Part shown: positions 1 to 9,018 of the stretch, one piece after another | How positions within the stretch are numbered: the first letter of the stretch is position 1 | Layout: the number at the start of each line of letters is the position of its first letter | From: an uncultured Planctomycetota bacterium | GTDB lineage: Bacteria > Planctomycetota > Planctomycetia > Isosphaerales > Isosphaeraceae | DNA length: 64,000 nucleotides | NCBI GenBank assembly: GCA_963823665.1 | Contig: CAWGMQ010000010.1 | Coordinates: forward strand, 1,056,001-1,120,000 | Direction of reading: 5' to 3' | Translations under genes and position numbers: made by a program | Notes under the pieces: model-generated | Seen by the model: the letters and a program-made list of their open reading frames with translations, nothing else | Databases searched by the model: none | What the model was told of the DNA's origin: nothing

Positions 1-2
1 AC

Positions 3-386
3 CTGCGCGAATTCTGGGGGCGACGGTGGAACCTGGCGTTCTCCGAGATGACGGCGATCGCGGTTTATCAACCCCTTGTCCGCGTATTCGGCCGGGGGCC
101 CGCGCTGACGGCGTCGTTCTTGGGCTCGGGCGTTCTGCACGAACTGGCGATCAGCGTGCCCGTTCGGGCCGGGTACGGCCTGCCGATGGCCTACTTCTTG
201 CTGCACGGCGTCTTGATGATGTGCGAGGCTCGGCTGGCACGCGCAAAGCGGCCGATCGACCGCGTCCGCTGGATCGGCCGCGTCTGGACGCTCGCCTGGC
301 TGCTGGTGCCGCTGCCCATCCTGTTCCATCGGCCGTTTCTGGCAGGCGTTGTCTGGCCACTGATCGGGCTGGATTCCAGACGGTAG
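3..386 (+). CDS. MBOAT-family (wax synthase-like) membrane-bound O-acyltransferase, C-terminal part; 5' end lies outside the window
   Basis: Frame open from the window edge reads LREFWGRRWNLAF...GVLHELAIS, the typical FWGRRWN motif and catalytic His, followed by hydrophobic helices. Confidence 0.8.
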   Translation: MREFWGRRWNLAFSEMTAIAVYQPLVRVFGRGPALTASFLGSGVLHELAISVPVRAGYGLPMAYFLLHGVLMMCEARLARAKRPIDRVRWIGRVWTLAWLLVPLPILFHRPFLAGVVWPLIGLDSRR

Positions 387-462
387 ACCGCCCGGACCGA
401 CCGCGTTACCTTGGGGCAGTCGGACGCGGAACGCACCGCCTGGGTCAAAACCGAGGGTCGTC

Positions 463-1920
463 ATGAAAGCATGGGTTTGGAGAGTCGTTGCGCTTGTGGG
501 CTTTGGCGTGATGCTGGGCGCGTATGTGTCGCGCGAGCGTATCGATTCCAAGGCACCCTGGGCATCGGGCATGATCGTGATCAGTTCCGAGGCGTCGGCC
601 GAAAAGACCTGGCGTGCGGGAGCGATCCCAGCGCGGCTGCGGCTGCTGTCGTCGAGCGACGTCGCCGAGATCCTGCTTTTCGCGAGTGGCGACATGCCCC
701 CAAACAAGGCACTGGGGGTGAAGGGCCAGGTGCGGGTCAAGCTGATCGAGCTTCCTCTTGCGATGGCGGGCATCGGCGCCGCTGCGCTGCAATCGGGCCG
801 CCTGCCCGATCCCGGCCGCGATGAGGTCGTGGCCGGCGCGGGGATCGAGCCGCGCGAAACATTGAGCGTCGGGGGACGGTCGCTCAAGGTGGTCGGAGTC
901 TTGAAGCCCGACCTGGCGCTCTTCGCCAGCTCGTACCTCGTTCCCGTCGAAGCGGTTCCTACCGACGCGACCAACAAGCTTTTCCCGGCCGAGGTTCCGA
1001 CGGTGCTTCATGCCTGGCTGGTGCACGCCTCGGCCGCAGAACTGCGCGACCCGAAAATCCGCAAAGAGCTGGAGGAGGTCTTTCCACCCGAGAAATACGC
1101 CTGGGTCACGCCACTTGACCGGCTCGAGCCTCGGAGCTTTTATCTTTATCTTTCCGGACTGGCGATTTTCCTTCTGGGCGGCTCCGGTACGCTGATCGGA
1201 CTGTTTCGCTGGCTGGCGGGCAAGGTCGGCTCGCCGGTTGTCGCCGGGCCACTCCTGGAAATGAGGGTCAGACCCCGGCTGGTCTGGAGCGTGCATGTGG
1301 TTTACTTCGGGCTGGTGATTGCCGGCTCGCTTCTCGTTTTCAAGGCGCCGGAGGCCCAGGTCGTTCTGCTGGACCAGGTTCGCGAGGGGCTTGCGACGAA
1401 AAGCAATCCTCTGGGCATCGCAGGCGAGGCCTACTCGAGTGGAAATATCCCCCGTGCCATCGTCACGACGTTCCTGGTCAACTTCTTGCCTGGAGATCCC
1501 GGAGTTGGACACCCGGTCACTCAACGCGCCCCCGTCGTGACATTCCTGGTCAACTTCCTGCTGGGCGCACTGGCCTCGATCATGCTCCCGTCGATGCTCT
1601 TGCCGGCGAGCGGAGTCGTTGTGGCGGCCCTTCGCGCCCTGGCGTGCGGTCTGATCCTCGCGCCGGCGATGCAACCGCTGGCACTCGCCATGTTGCCACA
1701 CTGCCTGACGATACTCCTGGCGGGAGAAGGCTACATCCTCGCCACGCTGTTCGGCCTCTTGATCCCGATCCACGTCGTCCAGCGCAGCCTGGGAGGGAAC
1801 GTCTTCACGCGATTCGGCCGCGCTCTCTTGCTCAATTTCAAGGCCCAGTTCTGGATCGCCCTGGTGCTGGCCGTGGCGGCAATCTACGAGGCCACCGAGG
1901 TCATCTTGATGAACCTGTGA
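463..1920 (+). CDS. Membrane protein with a MacB-periplasmic-core-like N-terminal region and a SpoIIM-like C-terminal membrane domain
   Basis: 485-aa ORF; GRLPDPGRDEVVAG...GRSLKVVGVL resembles the MacB periplasmic core; MLPHCLTILLAGEGY...AAIYEA resembles SpoIIM; several TM segments. Confidence 0.6.
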   Translation: MKAWVWRVVALVGFGVMLGAYVSRERIDSKAPWASGMIVISSEASAEKTWRAGAIPARLRLLSSSDVAEILLFASGDMPPNKALGVKGQVRVKLIELPLAMAGIGAAALQSGRLPDPGRDEVVAGAGIEPRETLSVGGRSLKVVGVLKPDLALFASSYLVPVEAVPTDATNKLFPAEVPTVLHAWLVHASAAELRDPKIRKELEEVFPPEKYAWVTPLDRLEPRSFYLYLSGLAIFLLGGSGTLIGLFRWLAGKVGSPVVAGPLLEMRVRPRLVWSVHVVYFGLVIAGSLLVFKAPEAQVVLLDQVREGLATKSNPLGIAGEAYSSGNIPRAIVTTFLVNFLPGDPGVGHPVTQRAPVVTFLVNFLLGALASIMLPSMLLPASGVVVAALRALACGLILAPAMQPLALAMLPHCLTILLAGEGYILATLFGLLIPIHVVQRSLGGNVFTRFGRALLLNFKAQFWIALVLAVAAIYEATEVILMNL

Positions 1921-2636
1921 GGCGGCGTCGAAGAGCCGCGAACGTGGAGCGGTCTATTTCGGGGCGCTGACCGTGCTGCGCTGCGCTCGGCTTCGGCGAA
2001 CCAATCGCGGATCGACAGAGCAAAACCAGGCAGGACATCGCCGCCGTCCAGGGTCTGATCCTCGCGGAGCAAGACCGATCGATGTTTTTCCGTGTAAACC
2101 CGGACCGTCCGTTTCTTGGGATTGACGTACCAGACCAGGCGAACGCCAGCGCGGAAGTACTCATCGAGCTTCCGGGCCATTTCCTTGGGGGTGTTCCCCT
2201 CGCTGAGCACTTCAACGACCAAGTCCGGCACAACTTGGGGGATCTCGCCCCGCCGCCGCTTGCGCTTCGGGTAACGCGCCCACGAGATGAACGCCGTGTC
2301 GGGGATGCGTACCACGCCAGGGAAGATCCGCATCATGCCGTCGGCACCGACGATCTTGCCGAGGTCGTGGGTCTTCAAGTAGTCGAAGAGAGTCCCAAGC
2401 AGCAGGGCTGCGTAGATCGATTCATCGAATCCCATGACTTTATCCACGAGCGTTCCGTCGACGAGCTCACACAGCCGGTTCTCGCGATCGTGGACCGCGA
2501 TGACGTCGCTCTCGGTGGCCGTGCCGGGGAATGGGTGAAAGCGAACCCGATTGGCGGAGATCCCGCCCAGACTCTCCAAGAGGTCGGCGAGGGTCCGGTG
2601 GTTGAGGATAGGCGAAGTTGCGGTTGCTGTCGCCAT
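1884..2636 (-). CDS. Uma2 (DUF820) family putative endonuclease
   Basis: CELVDGTLVDK, RIPDTAFISWAR, PDLVVEVLSEGNT, EYFRAGVRLVWYVNP, LDGGDVLPGF; true stop is probably at ~1954 if one C of a CCCC run is an error. Confidence 0.9.
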   Translation of the reverse strand: MATATATSPILNHRTLADLLESLGGISANRVRFHPFPGTATESDVIAVHDRENRLCELVDGTLVDKVMGFDESIYAALLLGTLFDYLKTHDLGKIVGADGMMRIFPGVVRIPDTAFISWARYPKRKRRRGEIPQVVPDLVVEVLSEGNTPKEMARKLDEYFRAGVRLVWYVNPKKRTVRVYTEKHRSVLLREDQTLDGGDVLPGFALSIRDWFAEAERSAARSAPRNRPLHVRGSSTPPHRFIKMTSVAS

Positions 2637-2668
2637 GACGGCCGCCTGGAACGTTGGGTCCAACACAC

Positions 2669-3337
2669 TCACCGCATTGTCTCACTGCGCGGGGGAGCGA
2701 GACAAGCCGAGTGCAGCCTTTCCCGACGCTGCTGCCTGGCCCGCGCGCCAATGGCTCGGCCACGCGGAATCGCCGAAGTTCGACGAACACCAGGCTGTGC
2801 GCAGCGAACGCCTCTCCGGTGGATCAATGGCCGCGTCAAAGGTTCCTGACACCTTTTTTCGAGCGCGGTCAGCCGGAACGCGTCCCAGGTGCGCGGGGCG
2901 AGTCGCGGCCGTACGAGCGCCATCGCCTGGTCCATCAGCTCGCGCTCGAATTCCTCCTCGAGGTCCCGGACGAGATCGTCGCCGGCCTGGAGGCTCGCGA
3001 AAAACTCGGCCATCCGGCTGTCGCCGCTACCGACACCCGCTCGCTTCCGCTCAGCGACCAGGTCACGCCAGGGGTGATGCGTGAGCGTCTTGAGCCATCC
3101 GCGGAAGCTCCGCGACGGATCATAGGCGAAATTCGCCATCAAACAACTGAGCTTCATGAGCACGGCCTGGGCGACGTCGTGGGCGTCGGGTTCCTTGAGC
3201 CCCCAGCCGCGACACCACTTGAGGAGCTGGGGCTGGTAGCGTGCGACGAAGTCATTCCAGGCGGACTGGTCCTTGGGGTCCTGCCGGAGCCGGCCCAGCA
3301 AAGTGACGCTGGTCCGCAAGGAGTGGTCTTCTGGCAC
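2669..3337 (-). pseudogene. ECF sigma-70 factor, 3'-truncated (most of region 4 lost); paralog of 13080-13728
   Basis: TSVTLLGRLRQDPKDQ...FRGWLKTLT...RTWDAFRLTALE matches the paralog, then homology stops at ~2859 beside a REP-like hairpin. Confidence 0.8.
2838..2856. repeat. REP-like hairpin AAAGGT-TCCTGAC-ACCTTT, copy 1
   Basis: 6-bp stem with 7-nt loop; identical 19-mer at 57230-57248. Confidence 0.8.
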
Positions 3338-3384
3338 GAGGATCGTCTCCCCAAGGCGCCTGAGCGTTCGATTGCCTCGTCCGA

Positions 3385-3500
3385 ATGCAAGCTTGCACAA
3401 TCCGAGCATACCCGAAGACGAAATCAAGAAAAAGGAATTGAGCGGTCTTAGGTTTTCGCGCGATGCCAGTAATGACTGCTAGACGACCATCAGCTTGCTA
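3385..3500. promoter_or_regulatory. Divergent promoter cassette, copy 1: putative ECF promoter CTTAGG-N16-GTAAT on +, TATGCT -10-like element on -
   Basis: Conserved with 13735-13850 and 21022-21130; CTTAGG at 3447-3452, GTAAT at 3469-3473. Confidence 0.6.
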
Positions 3501-3619
3501 GCAGATCCGCGTGAGGAACCGTTTTGTGCAGAGCAGTTGAACGGCGAGAATCATCACTGATAGCCGACTTGCCCTTCGGAGGCAAGGTGCTCTTGGTCTT
3601 GCCCCGGAAAGGGACTGTC

Positions 3620-5426
3620 ATGGGTCGCAACACTCTTGGAATCGTCTGGCGGAATTGGTCTTCTTGGTCGGGACGGGGTAGGGCGCCGCGGTCTCGCCGG
3701 AGCGATCCGCGACGTATGCGGCCGGGACTCCTGGAGCTGGAGGACCGCCGGCTCCTCTCGACGACATTCACTGTGACCAACACCGACTCGAGCGGCCCCG
3801 GCTCGCTGGCCTATGAGATCGGTAAGGCCAATTCGTCATCGGGTGCCAGCACCATCAAATTCGCTGCGGCGGACTTTGGCACCTCGCAAACGATCACGCT
3901 GGGTGGAAACCCTCTCGAGCTGAGCAACACGAAGGGGATGGAGACGATCACGGGCCCGGCGGCGGGAGTCAGCATCAGCGGCGGAGGTCTGAGCCGGGTC
4001 TTCCAGGTCGACAGCGGTGTCACGACGGCGCTCTCGGGCTTGACGATCACCGACGGCAAAGCCAGCGCAAACTCGAGCGGCGGCGGCCTCTACAGTGAAG
4101 GCACGGCGAGCCTGAACGGCTGCACCATCAGCAGCAGCTCGGCCGGCGAGTCCGGCGGTGGCCTGGACAATGCCGGCACGGGGAACCTGACCGTCTCCGA
4201 CTGCACCATCAGCGGGAACTCGGCCGGCGAGTCCGGCGGCGGCCTGTACAATGGCGGCACGACGACCTTGACCGACTGCACCATCAGCGGAAACTCGGCC
4301 AAAACCGGCGGCGGCGGCCTGGTCAACCGGATCACGGCGCACCTGACCCTGGCCGACTGCACCTTGAGCGCAAACGCGGCCCACAACGACGGCGGCGGCC
4401 TTTACAATGCCGGCACAGCGTCCCTCTCCGACTGCACAATCAGCGGAAACTCGTCCGGGCTGGTCGGCGGCGGCCTGAACTGTGCCGGTTCCGGTACTGC
4501 GCACCTGACCGACACGATCGTCGCAGGCGATACGGGCCCTTCCGGCGCCAGCGACATCACCGGTTCTGGCACTGTCTCGGGCACCTATAACTTGATCGGT
4601 ACCGGCGGCTCGGGGGGGCTTACCAACGGGGCGAGCCATAATATCGTCCTGACGAGCCTTGCGAGCCTCGGCCTGGACAAGCTGGGGCCCTACGGCGGGC
4701 CGACCCAGACGATGGCGCTGATTGCCCGGCAGCGCGGCCATCGGCAAGGGCGAATCCACCAGCGGCATCAAGACCGACCAGCGCGGTTTTCCGCTCGATT
4801 CGCCCACTCCCGACATCGGCGCTTTCCAGAGCCAGCCGATTGTGGAGCTCACCGCGTCTGCCCGCTCTGCCGTCTACGGGCAGACCGTCACCTTCGTCGC
4901 CACCGTGACCGGGCTCGGCGGGGTGCCAACTGGCGAGGTCACGTTCTCCGACGACGGCACCGCGCTGGGTACCGCCTCGCTTGACGGCTCGGGCAAGGCG
5001 ACGCTGACCGCCTCGACCCTTCCCATCGGCGGCAACGCGATCACCGCCAGCTTCAGCGGCGAAACGGACCTTCCGGACAACAACCTGGCGCAGACGGCGG
5101 TATCGGTCACCCGGGCCGGCAGCAGCATGGTGCTGGTGCTGCAGGAGATACGCAACCGGGAGAAGAAAGTGGTGTCGCTGGGACTGGAGGCCGAGATTGA
5201 GCCCAAGGCCCCCGGCGCGGGCGTGCCCACCGGCACGGTCACGTTCGAATTGTTGCCGAAGAACAAGAAGCCCACCGTGCTCGGAACGGCCTCCCTCAGC
5301 GGGGGCGTGGCCACGCTGACCGTCGCGACAGCCAGCGTGCTGAACGAGTCGATCAAGATCCTCTATGGCGGCGACGCGGACTTCCAGACGAGCACATTGA
5401 CGCGAACGATCACCATAAGAACTTGA
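3620..5426 (+). CDS. LExRxLL-leader exported protein: parallel beta-helix repeats, choice-of-anchor-Q-like segment, Ig-like (Big_3_5-like) domains; frameshift at ~4720
   Basis: GGAAAGGGA RBS and ATG at 3620; LLELEDRRLLS; DCTISGNSA-GGGLYN repeats; GGPTQTMAL-PGSAAI...DQRG...PDIGAFQ split over ORFs 3524-4984 and 4722-5426. Confidence 0.8.
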
Positions 5427-5434
5427 TCAATCGG

Positions 5435-5461
5435 CGCAGGCTGCTGCCGGACGCGAGTAAT
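5435..5461 (+). promoter_or_regulatory. Putative ECF promoter, variant copy (CGCAGG-N16-GTAAT)
   Basis: GGACGCGAGTAAT is identical to 13809-13821 and the AGG-to-GTAAT spacing is the same. Confidence 0.5.
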
Positions 5462-5505
5462 CACTGATCGAGGCATCGCAGATCTTTCCGCGGGAAGGGA
5501 CGGTC

Positions 5506-8500
5506 ATGAGTCGCAACACTGCCGGAACTGGCTGGTGGAATTGGCACTCTCGCTCGGGACGGGGTAGGGCGGCGCGATCTCGCCAGAGCGATCGGCACCG
5601 GGTGAGGCCGCAACTGCTGGCACTGGAGAACCGTCGTCTCCTGGCGACGTTCACCGTGACCAACACGAACTCGAGCGGCACCGGCTCGCTGTCCTATGAG
5701 ATCGGGCAGGCCAATTCGTCGTCGGGTGCCAGCACCATCGATTTCGATGCCACGGACTTTAGCACACCACAAACGATTACGCTGGGTGGAAGCGAGCTCG
5801 TTCTGAGCGACCCGATCGGGCTGGAGACGATCATAGGCCCGGCGGCGGGAGTCACCATCAGCGGCGGAGGGAAGAGTCGGGTGTTCCAGGTCGGACGTTT
5901 TGTCCAGGCCTCCCTATCGGGGCTGACGATCGTCGGGGGCAAAGTAAGCGGCCAAGTCGGCTACGGCGGCGGCCTGTACAATAGCGGCTTTGCAACCTTG
6001 ACCGACTGCACCATCAGCGGAAACTCGGCCGGCGACGACGGCGGCGGTATATATAATCGAATCGGAGGACAGTTGTTCCTGACCGACTGCACCATCAGCG
6101 GAAATTCGGGCGCTGGGGGCCTCGAAAATAATGGCTATGCGATCCTGACCGACTGCACCGTAAGCGGAAACTCGGCCAGCACGGGTGCAGGCTGGGAAGC
6201 CGGCGGCATCTTCAATGCAGGAGCGGTGGTCCTGACCGACACGATCGTCGCAGGCAACAAGACACAAGCCGGCGCAAGCGACATCGACAGTACTATTGGC
6301 AACACAGTGGGCAGCTACAACTTGATCGGAACCGGCGGCTCGGGGCAGCTCGCCGACGGGGTCAGCGATAACATCGTCCTGAAGAGCCTTTCGAGTCTCG
6401 GCCTCTCCCCGCTCGGCGACTACGGCGGGCCGACCCAGACCATGGCGCTACTACCAGGCAGCGCCGCCATCCGCAAGGGCGAATCAACCGCCGGCGTCAC
6501 GACCGACCAGCGAGGGTTGGCGCTCGACAGCACACCCGACATCGGCGCCTTCCAGACTCAGCCCGGGCTGGTGGTCAATACCACGATCGATAGCGCCGGC
6601 TCACCCTCGGGCGACCTGAGCCTGCGCCAGGCCGTGAACCTGGCCAATCTGCTGGACTCAGCCGAGACGATCACATTCGATCCGAAAGCATTCGCCAGCG
6701 CGCAGACGATCACCCTGGCTGGCAGCCAGCTCGAGCTGAGCGACACGAACGGGATGGAGACGATCGCGGGCCCGGCGGCGGGAGTGACCATCAGCGGCGG
6801 AGGGCAGAGCCGGGTGTTGCAGGTCGGCGCGCATGTCACGGCCTCCCTTTCGGGGCTGACGATCACCGGGGGCGATTCCGCCTCTGACGGCGGCGGCCTG
6901 GACAATGGCAGCACGGCGAAACTGACCCTGACGGACTGCACCGTCAGTGGAAACTCGGCCGTCAGCGACGGCGGCGGCCTGTACAATGGCGGCGCGGCGA
7001 CCCTGACCGATTGCACCATCAGCGGAAACTCGGCCGAGGACGGCGGTGGCCTGGACAACGCCTACACGGCGAACAACCTGACCGTGACCGATTGCACCAT
7101 CAGCGGAAACTCGGCCGCCAACGACGGCGGTGGCCTCGAAAATCTTGCCACGGCGAAGCTGACCGACACGATCGTCGCGGGCAATACGAAACCCTCCGGC
7201 GGCAGCGACGACATTCACAGTCCTGGCACCCTCTTGGGCACCTATAACCTGATCGGTACGGGCGGCTCGGGCGGGTTTACCAACGGGGGGGCCGCCAACA
7301 ACATCGTCCTGAAGAGCCTCTCGAGCCTCGGCCTGGCCGCGCTGGGGTTCTACGGCGGGCCGACCCAGACCATGGCGCTATCGCCCGGCAGCGCCGCCAT
7401 CCGCAAGGGCGAATCCACCAGCGGCGTCAAAACCGACCAGCGCGGCTTCGCGCTCGACACCAAACCCGACATCGGCTCATTCCAGACTCAGCCCGGGCTC
7501 GTGGTGAATACCACGATCGACGGCACCGATGCCCCCTCCGGTGACCTGAGCCTGCGCCAGGCGTTGAACCTGGCCAATGTGCTCACCGGCGCCACGACGA
7601 TTAGTTTCGACCCGAAGGTCTTCGCAACCGCGCAGACGATCACGCTGGGTGGAACCGAGCTCGATATGAGTAAGACGAACGGGATGGAGACGATCACGGG
7701 CCCGGCGGCGGGAGTGACCTTGAGCGGCGGAGGGCTGAGCCGGGTGTTGCAGGTCGACGCCCATGTCTCGGCCTCCCTTGCGGGGATGACGATCAACGCC
7801 GGCGAATCGGCCTCAGACGGCGGCGGCCTGGACAATGGCAGCACGGCGACCGTGACCCTGACCGATTGCACCATCAGCGGAAACTCGGCCGGCGACCACG
7901 GCGGCGGCCTGTACAACGGCGGCACGGCGCAACTGACCGATTGCACCATCAGCGGAAATTCGGCCAAGTACGGCGGCGGCCTGTACAATAGCACGGGCGG
8001 CGGCGCGACCCTCACAGGCTGCACAATCAGCAGTAACTCGGCCCATTACGGCGGCGGCCTGTACGACGGCGGCAAGGCGACGCTGACCGACACGATCGTC
8101 GCGGGCAATACGAACGCTTCTGGCGCCAGCGCCAACGACATACACGGTGCTGGCACCGTCTCGGGCAGCTATAATCTGATCGGTACCGGCGGCTCGGGTG
8201 GGCTTGCCAACGCGGGCAAACATAACAACGTCCTGAAGAGCCTTTCGAAACTCGGCCTGGCCAAGCTGGGATCCAACGGCGGGCCGACCCAGACCATGGC
8301 GCTCTCAGGTGGCAGCGCGGCCATCGCCATGGGCGAAATGGTCACTGGTGTGGCCACCGACCAGCGCGGTCTACCACTCGACTCGCCCGCTCCCGACATC
8401 GGTGCCTTCCAGAGCCAGCCGACGGTGGCGCTGGGCGCTTCTGCCGGCTCTGCGGTCTTTGGGCAGAACGTCACCTTCGTCGCCACCGTGACTGCGCTCG

Positions 8501-8997
8501 GCGGGGTGCCAACTGGCAAGGTCACCTTCTCCGACAACGGCACCGTGCTGGGTACCGGCTCGCTTGACGGCTCGGGCAAGGCGACGCTGACCGCCTCGAG
8601 CCTTCCCGTCGGCACCAATTCGATCACCGCCAGCTTTAGCGGCGAAACCGGCCTCCCCGACGCCAACGTGGCGCACACGGCGGTATCGGTCGCCCGGGCG
8701 GGCAGCCATGTCGTGCTGGTGACGCTTGAGGGGTTCAAGAAACAGAAAGTCGTGTCGCTATCGCTCGAAGCCAAAATCGAGCCCGTGTCCCCCGGCGCGG
8801 GCGTGCCCACCGGCACGGTCACCTTCGAGCTGTTGCCGAAGAACAACAAGCCCAAGGTGCTCGGGATGGCCTCGCTCAGCGGCGGTATGGCCACGCTGTC
8901 AGTCAAGCCAGCCAGCGTGCTGAACGAGTTGATCAAGATCATCTACAGCGGCGACGCGGACTTCGAGACGAGCACGTCGACGGGGAAGATCACATAG
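5506..8997 (+). CDS. LExRxLL-leader exported beta-helix protein with three repeated modules (two begin with CSLREA-like LSLRQA) and C-terminal Ig-like domains
   Basis: Intact 1163-aa ORF; LLALENRRLLA; three GGPTQTMAL...DQRG...PDIG motifs; tandem paralog of 3620-5426. Confidence 0.85.
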   Translation: MSRNTAGTGWWNWHSRSGRGRAARSRQSDRHRVRPQLLALENRRLLATFTVTNTNSSGTGSLSYEIGQANSSSGASTIDFDATDFSTPQTITLGGSELVLSDPIGLETIIGPAAGVTISGGGKSRVFQVGRFVQASLSGLTIVGGKVSGQVGYGGGLYNSGFATLTDCTISGNSAGDDGGGIYNRIGGQLFLTDCTISGNSGAGGLENNGYAILTDCTVSGNSASTGAGWEAGGIFNAGAVVLTDTIVAGNKTQAGASDIDSTIGNTVGSYNLIGTGGSGQLADGVSDNIVLKSLSSLGLSPLGDYGGPTQTMALLPGSAAIRKGESTAGVTTDQRGLALDSTPDIGAFQTQPGLVVNTTIDSAGSPSGDLSLRQAVNLANLLDSAETITFDPKAFASAQTITLAGSQLELSDTNGMETIAGPAAGVTISGGGQSRVLQVGAHVTASLSGLTITGGDSASDGGGLDNGSTAKLTLTDCTVSGNSAVSDGGGLYNGGAATLTDCTISGNSAEDGGGLDNAYTANNLTVTDCTISGNSAANDGGGLENLATAKLTDTIVAGNTKPSGGSDDIHSPGTLLGTYNLIGTGGSGGFTNGGAANNIVLKSLSSLGLAALGFYGGPTQTMALSPGSAAIRKGESTSGVKTDQRGFALDTKPDIGSFQTQPGLVVNTTIDGTDAPSGDLSLRQALNLANVLTGATTISFDPKVFATAQTITLGGTELDMSKTNGMETITGPAAGVTLSGGGLSRVLQVDAHVSASLAGMTINAGESASDGGGLDNGSTATVTLTDCTISGNSAGDHGGGLYNGGTAQLTDCTISGNSAKYGGGLYNSTGGGATLTGCTISSNSAHYGGGLYDGGKATLTDTIVAGNTNASGASANDIHGAGTVSGSYNLIGTGGSGGLANAGKHNNVLKSLSKLGLAKLGSNGGPTQTMALSGGSAAIAMGEMVTGVATDQRGLPLDSPAPDIGAFQSQPTVALGASAGSAVFGQNVTFVATVTALGGVPTGKVTFSDNGTVLGTGSLDGSGKATLTASSLPVGTNSITASFSGETGLPDANVAHTAVSVARAGSHVVLVTLEGFKKQKVVSLSLEAKIEPVSPGAGVPTGTVTFELLPKNNKPKVLGMASLSGGMATLSVKPASVLNELIKIIYSGDADFETSTSTGKIT

Positions 8998-9018
8998 AAT
9001 GGACCGGCGGCTGTCCGT

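Noticed and set aside
2690..2835. Degraded RAYT transposase C-terminus beside the hairpin
   Set aside because: Only a vague resemblance (WP..QW); cannot be supported without a search
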